From a virus (taxonomy: Duplodnaviria; Caudoviricetes), in IMG/VR virus record IMGVR_UViG_3300011335_000727, positions 1 to 46,734 of that record: a DNA stretch of 46,734 bases. One strand, given 5' to 3'. Positions within the stretch are counted from its first letter, which is position 1. Every line of letters begins with the position of its first letter. Both the position numbers and the translations under genes were made by a program. The notes beneath the pieces were generated by a model. That model made no database searches, was not told the origin of the DNA, and was given only the letters and a program-made list of their open reading frames with translations. Positions 43,918 through 46,734 of the stretch are shown piece by piece.

Positions 43918-43996
43918 GATGAACTCCAATGGATAACAAAAGTCGGAACGGGTTCCGAGAAACCTCAATAGACCTGATTGCCTATTGAGTGACTGC

Positions 43997-44005
43997 ATTG
44001 TAGCA
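43997..44005 (-). promoter_or_regulatory. Putative extended -10 early promoter TGCTACAAT
   Basis: TGn-TACAAT upstream of the early operon, followed by an 8-bp IR (43964-43989) and a 16-bp palindrome; similar TGCTATGAT at 41583-41591. Confidence 0.4.
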
Positions 44006-44147
44006 TATGCACCTTTTCCACGGTATCGGTGGCAGCCTATGGCGAACCCCACCGTACCCCCATCACCCCTTTACAGTGAGGCTGTGGCATCGCGGCAATA
44101 ACACTGTTCCAAGCAAATCCCCAACACTTTGTAAAAACATTGTCACT

Positions 44148-44221
44148 GCGTTGCAAATACCGTTGATGCGTTGCAAATACCGTTGATGCGTTGCAAATAC
44201 CGCCGCGGCGTTGCAAATACC
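44148..44221 (+). repeat. Four GCGTTGCAAATACC repeats at 20-bp period
   Basis: Copies at 44148, 44168, 44188 and 44208. Confidence 0.9.
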
Positions 44222-44288
44222 CCCACCTTCTCTTTCTACGCGCACCCCCACCCCCTATGTAAAAATTCCCAGTGGTTTTCTGTCAAAC

Positions 44289-44313
44289 AAAAAAAAGCCC
44301 ACCGAGGTGGGCT
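44289..44313 (-). terminator. Rho-independent terminator-like hairpin
   Basis: Minus strand AGCCCAC-CTCG-GTGGGCT followed by a T run. Confidence 0.55.
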
Positions 44314-44408
44314 AAGGAGCGTTGCGCTCCAACAGGGAGAAACAAATGCAGGTTTGAGTGTACACTATGAATACGAAACGGCACACACTGTCGTTTACGC
44401 GGAGGTTC

Positions 44409-45074
44409 ATGTTTGATAATCTAGTTGAGTTCACGCCCGATCCTGCGGGGGTCGGAGACTTTATTCCTTTTGAGAAGGCTGCGCCGGCAGACATCCTTGA
44501 CGCTCAAGTCGGAACCAGCGATTGGTTGGAGAAGCTTGGCGTGCCCTCCGACGAACAGCTAGACGCCAAGAGCCAGCAGACAGCCGCCCGGGAAGCATTC
44601 ACCGCGCTTAACTTTGACACAGACAACACCAAGCAGCGCACAGCGCTTGCCACCATAAAGACGCCTGCTGCAGTGCAGCATCTGGCAGGCATGCTGACCG
44701 CCTACGATTGGGAGTTTGTCAATCAGGCCAAGGAACTCCGGGGCTACACAGTCTCAAAGATCCTTGAGGAGACCAAACACCCCGACGCCCGTATTCGGCT
44801 GAAGGCGCTGCAGATGCTGGGCACTGTCACCGAAGTAGCCCTTTTCACAGACCGCGTGGAGGTCACCAAGATAGACGCCAGCGAAGAGGACGTTGAGAAG
44901 CGCTTGCGGCTACGCCTGTCTAAGTTCTTGTTGCCGGCAGACGGAGCAACTGTCACCGATGTGACACCCGTATCAGACCCCGCGCCATTTGCCATCCCAG
45001 AGGCCAGCAACGAGGGCGAAGGTATGACGCTGGATGCCGAAATCGGCATAGTAGCCGAGCGACGGAATGCTTGA
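44409..45074 (+). CDS. terS: Terminase small subunit (putative)
   Basis: GGAGG RBS before ATG 44409; RLKALQMLG....V..F motif; directly upstream of and overlapping terL. Confidence 0.65.
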   Translation: MFDNLVEFTPDPAGVGDFIPFEKAAPADILDAQVGTSDWLEKLGVPSDEQLDAKSQQTAAREAFTALNFDTDNTKQRTALATIKTPAAVQHLAGMLTAYDWEFVNQAKELRGYTVSKILEETKHPDARIRLKALQMLGTVTEVALFTDRVEVTKIDASEEDVEKRLRLRLSKFLLPADGATVTDVTPVSDPAPFAIPEASNEGEGMTLDAEIGIVAERRNA

Positions 45075-46599
45075 GGAACTGACGCCCGACGCTGTTGCCC
45101 GCCTGCTGGCCGGTTTGTCGACAATGCCGGCGGCAGAGAAGCTGGCGCTGCTGGATGAGCTAGAGTTGCTTGAGAAGAAAAAGAAACTGCAGGAGTGCCG
45201 GGATGATTTCCTGAAGTTCTGCGCCTATATGTATCCGGACTGGAAGGAAGGCCCGCACCATCGGTATATGAAAGGCCCGCTGCACAACGTCAAGGACGGA
45301 GCGGAGTTACGCCTGACGGTCAGTATGCCCCCACGCTTTGGGAAGTCCGAGACCATTGCGTACTTGTTCATTGGTTGGTACCTAGGCCACCACCCGCACC
45401 ATCACATCATGATGGCAACGCACACCTCCACGCTGTCCGCGGACTTTGGGCGCAAAGTGCGCAACATGATCGACACCGACAAGTACCGGAGCATTTTCCC
45501 CAACACCATTGTGTCCCGGGACAAATCCGCCTCAGACAACTGGGCGACGACTTCCGGGGGCAAGTATCTGGCAATTGGTATCGGCGCGAACGTGGCCGGC
45601 CACGGCGCACACTTACTGATTGCTGACGACTTGGTGTCTGAGCAGGCGGTGCTCGCCAACCCGGAGGCTGCGTTCGACACGGCATGGACATACATGCAGG
45701 TGGGCCCCATGCAGCGGTTGATGCCCGGGGGGCGCATCGTAATGATTGGCACCCGCTGGGGGAAAAAGGATCCCATTGGACGCGCACTGGCATGGGCAGA
45801 ACAGAACCCCGCGGCACTGCCGTGGCAAGAGATCCGGTTCCCGGCCATCCTCCCGTCGGGCAAGAGCCTGTGGCCCGGGCAGTGGCCGATAGACCAGCTT
45901 CTGGCAAAGAAGGCCGGCATGCAGCCGCAGTACTGGTCCGCTCAGTACATGCAGGAGCCCACCAGCGAAGAGGGAGCGTTGCTTAAACGCAACTGGTGGA
46001 AGCTATGGGAGAAGTCCGATCCGCCCGACATGGAGTTTGTCATACAGGTCTGGGACACCGCGCACGAGACCAAGAACAACAACGACTACAGCGCGTGCAC
46101 AACGTGGGGCGTCTGGTACAACGAAGAGAGCCACCGGCACGAGTTGATGCTGCTCAACGCCATCAAAGACCGGTGGGAGTTCCCCCAGCTTAAAGAGGTC
46201 GTGCTGGAGCAGTACAAGGAATGGGAGCCTGAGTGTTTGCTGGTAGAGAAGAAAGCTGCCGGGGCTCCGCTCATTCAAGAACTGCGGCAGATGGACATTG
46301 TCGTGGAGGAATACAGCCCCTCAAGGGGAGCCGCGGGGGTGTCCAACGACAAACGTGCGCGGGTGCACTCGGTATCTCCCCTGCTTTTTGATGGTATTGT
46401 GTGGTCCCCAGACTTTCGGTGGGCGCACGAAGTCATCAATGAGTGCGCAGAATTTCCCAATGGCGAGCATGATGACTACGTTGACTGCGTGACAATGGCG
46501 CTGAGCCGCTATAGGCGTGGCGGGTTCATATCGCTAAAATCAGACCGCCAAGACGAGCCTAAGATGTTTAGGCGCAGCAGACAAGCTGCATACTATTAA
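45067..46599 (+). CDS. terL: Terminase large subunit
   Basis: Walker A MPPRFGKS, Walker B LLIADD, GTRW, YMQEP, RNase H-like WDTA...DYSA...HDDYVD. Confidence 0.93.
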   Translation: MLEELTPDAVARLLAGLSTMPAAEKLALLDELELLEKKKKLQECRDDFLKFCAYMYPDWKEGPHHRYMKGPLHNVKDGAELRLTVSMPPRFGKSETIAYLFIGWYLGHHPHHHIMMATHTSTLSADFGRKVRNMIDTDKYRSIFPNTIVSRDKSASDNWATTSGGKYLAIGIGANVAGHGAHLLIADDLVSEQAVLANPEAAFDTAWTYMQVGPMQRLMPGGRIVMIGTRWGKKDPIGRALAWAEQNPAALPWQEIRFPAILPSGKSLWPGQWPIDQLLAKKAGMQPQYWSAQYMQEPTSEEGALLKRNWWKLWEKSDPPDMEFVIQVWDTAHETKNNNDYSACTTWGVWYNEESHRHELMLLNAIKDRWEFPQLKEVVLEQYKEWEPECLLVEKKAAGAPLIQELRQMDIVVEEYSPSRGAAGVSNDKRARVHSVSPLLFDGIVWSPDFRWAHEVINECAEFPNGEHDDYVDCVTMALSRYRRGGFISLKSDRQDEPKMFRRSRQAAYY

Positions 46600-46608
46600 G
46601 GATACCAA

Positions 46609-46734
46609 ATGGCAACCAACATTGATAAAGCGCTGTACCAAGCCCCTATGGGTTTGGACGACATGGGGGACGAGGGTATTGAGATTGAGATCGTTGACCC
46701 AGAGGAAGTGAAGATTGGGATTGACGGCATGGAG
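46609..46734 (+). CDS. Portal protein, N-terminus (3' truncated; inferred from position)
   Basis: AAGGA RBS; MATNIDKALYQAPMGL...; directly after terL; open to the window end. Confidence 0.55.
   Translation, partial: MATNIDKALYQAPMGLDDMGDEGIEIEIVDPEEVKIGIDGME

Larger units (their letters stand above)
40130..43958. promoter_or_regulatory. 16-bp palindrome TCGGAACNNGTTCCGA, 7 copies (40130, 40710, 41765, 42484, 42892, 43466, 43943); operator-like
   Basis: Directly visible, all intergenic, usually flanked by AAAG on one side and GAAA on the other. Confidence 0.75.

Noticed and set aside
44148-44221. Possible mini CRISPR array
   Set aside because: 14-bp repeats with 6-bp spacers (two identical) are far too short; no cas operon.
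44255-44286. Sigma70 promoter from TTGACA on the minus strand
   Set aside because: No acceptable -10 hexamer at 16-18 bp spacing.
1-46734. Alternative genetic code, diversity-generating retroelement, introns or inteins
   Set aside because: Core genes (terL, polA, helicase, primase) are intact and of normal length in code 11; no reverse transcriptase or template/variable repeat pair seen.

Overview
The window is most of a tailed dsDNA phage genome with podovirus-like (P22-type) architecture. Its gene families resemble uncultured freshwater phages of Betaproteobacteria; the host is an inference. Plus strand 1-20444: end of a tail fibre with an S74 chaperone domain, lysis genes (holin-like proteins, peptidase M15 endolysin), a P22 gp10-like head-tail protein and four internal virion/ejection proteins, one with a lytic transglycosylase domain and one a 2610-aa LPD38/zincin polyvalent protein. 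Minus strand 20428-43917: a replication module (AEP primase-DUF927 helicase, SSB-like protein, SNF2 helicase, HNH, PD-(D/E)XK nuclease, Leu762-type PolA, VRR-NUC), then about 35 small early/middle genes. Plus strand 44409-end: terS, terL and the start of the portal gene. I found no integrase, RNA polymerase, tRNA, reverse transcriptase or CRISPR. The most unusual signals: (i) early genes punctuated by two interleaved repeat families, a covarying 7-bp-stem hairpin (6 copies) and a 16-bp palindrome (7 copies); (ii) a roughly 145-nt intergenic RNA that can fold into two tandem pseudoknots ahead of the VRR-NUC/PolA genes; (iii) a paired AxGG peptide motif shared by three ejection proteins; (iv) a 24-hendecad Q/N-rich helix resembling a DNA-ejection tube; (v) a small gene resembling a major capsid protein fragment. 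All calls are by eye; no database search was run.
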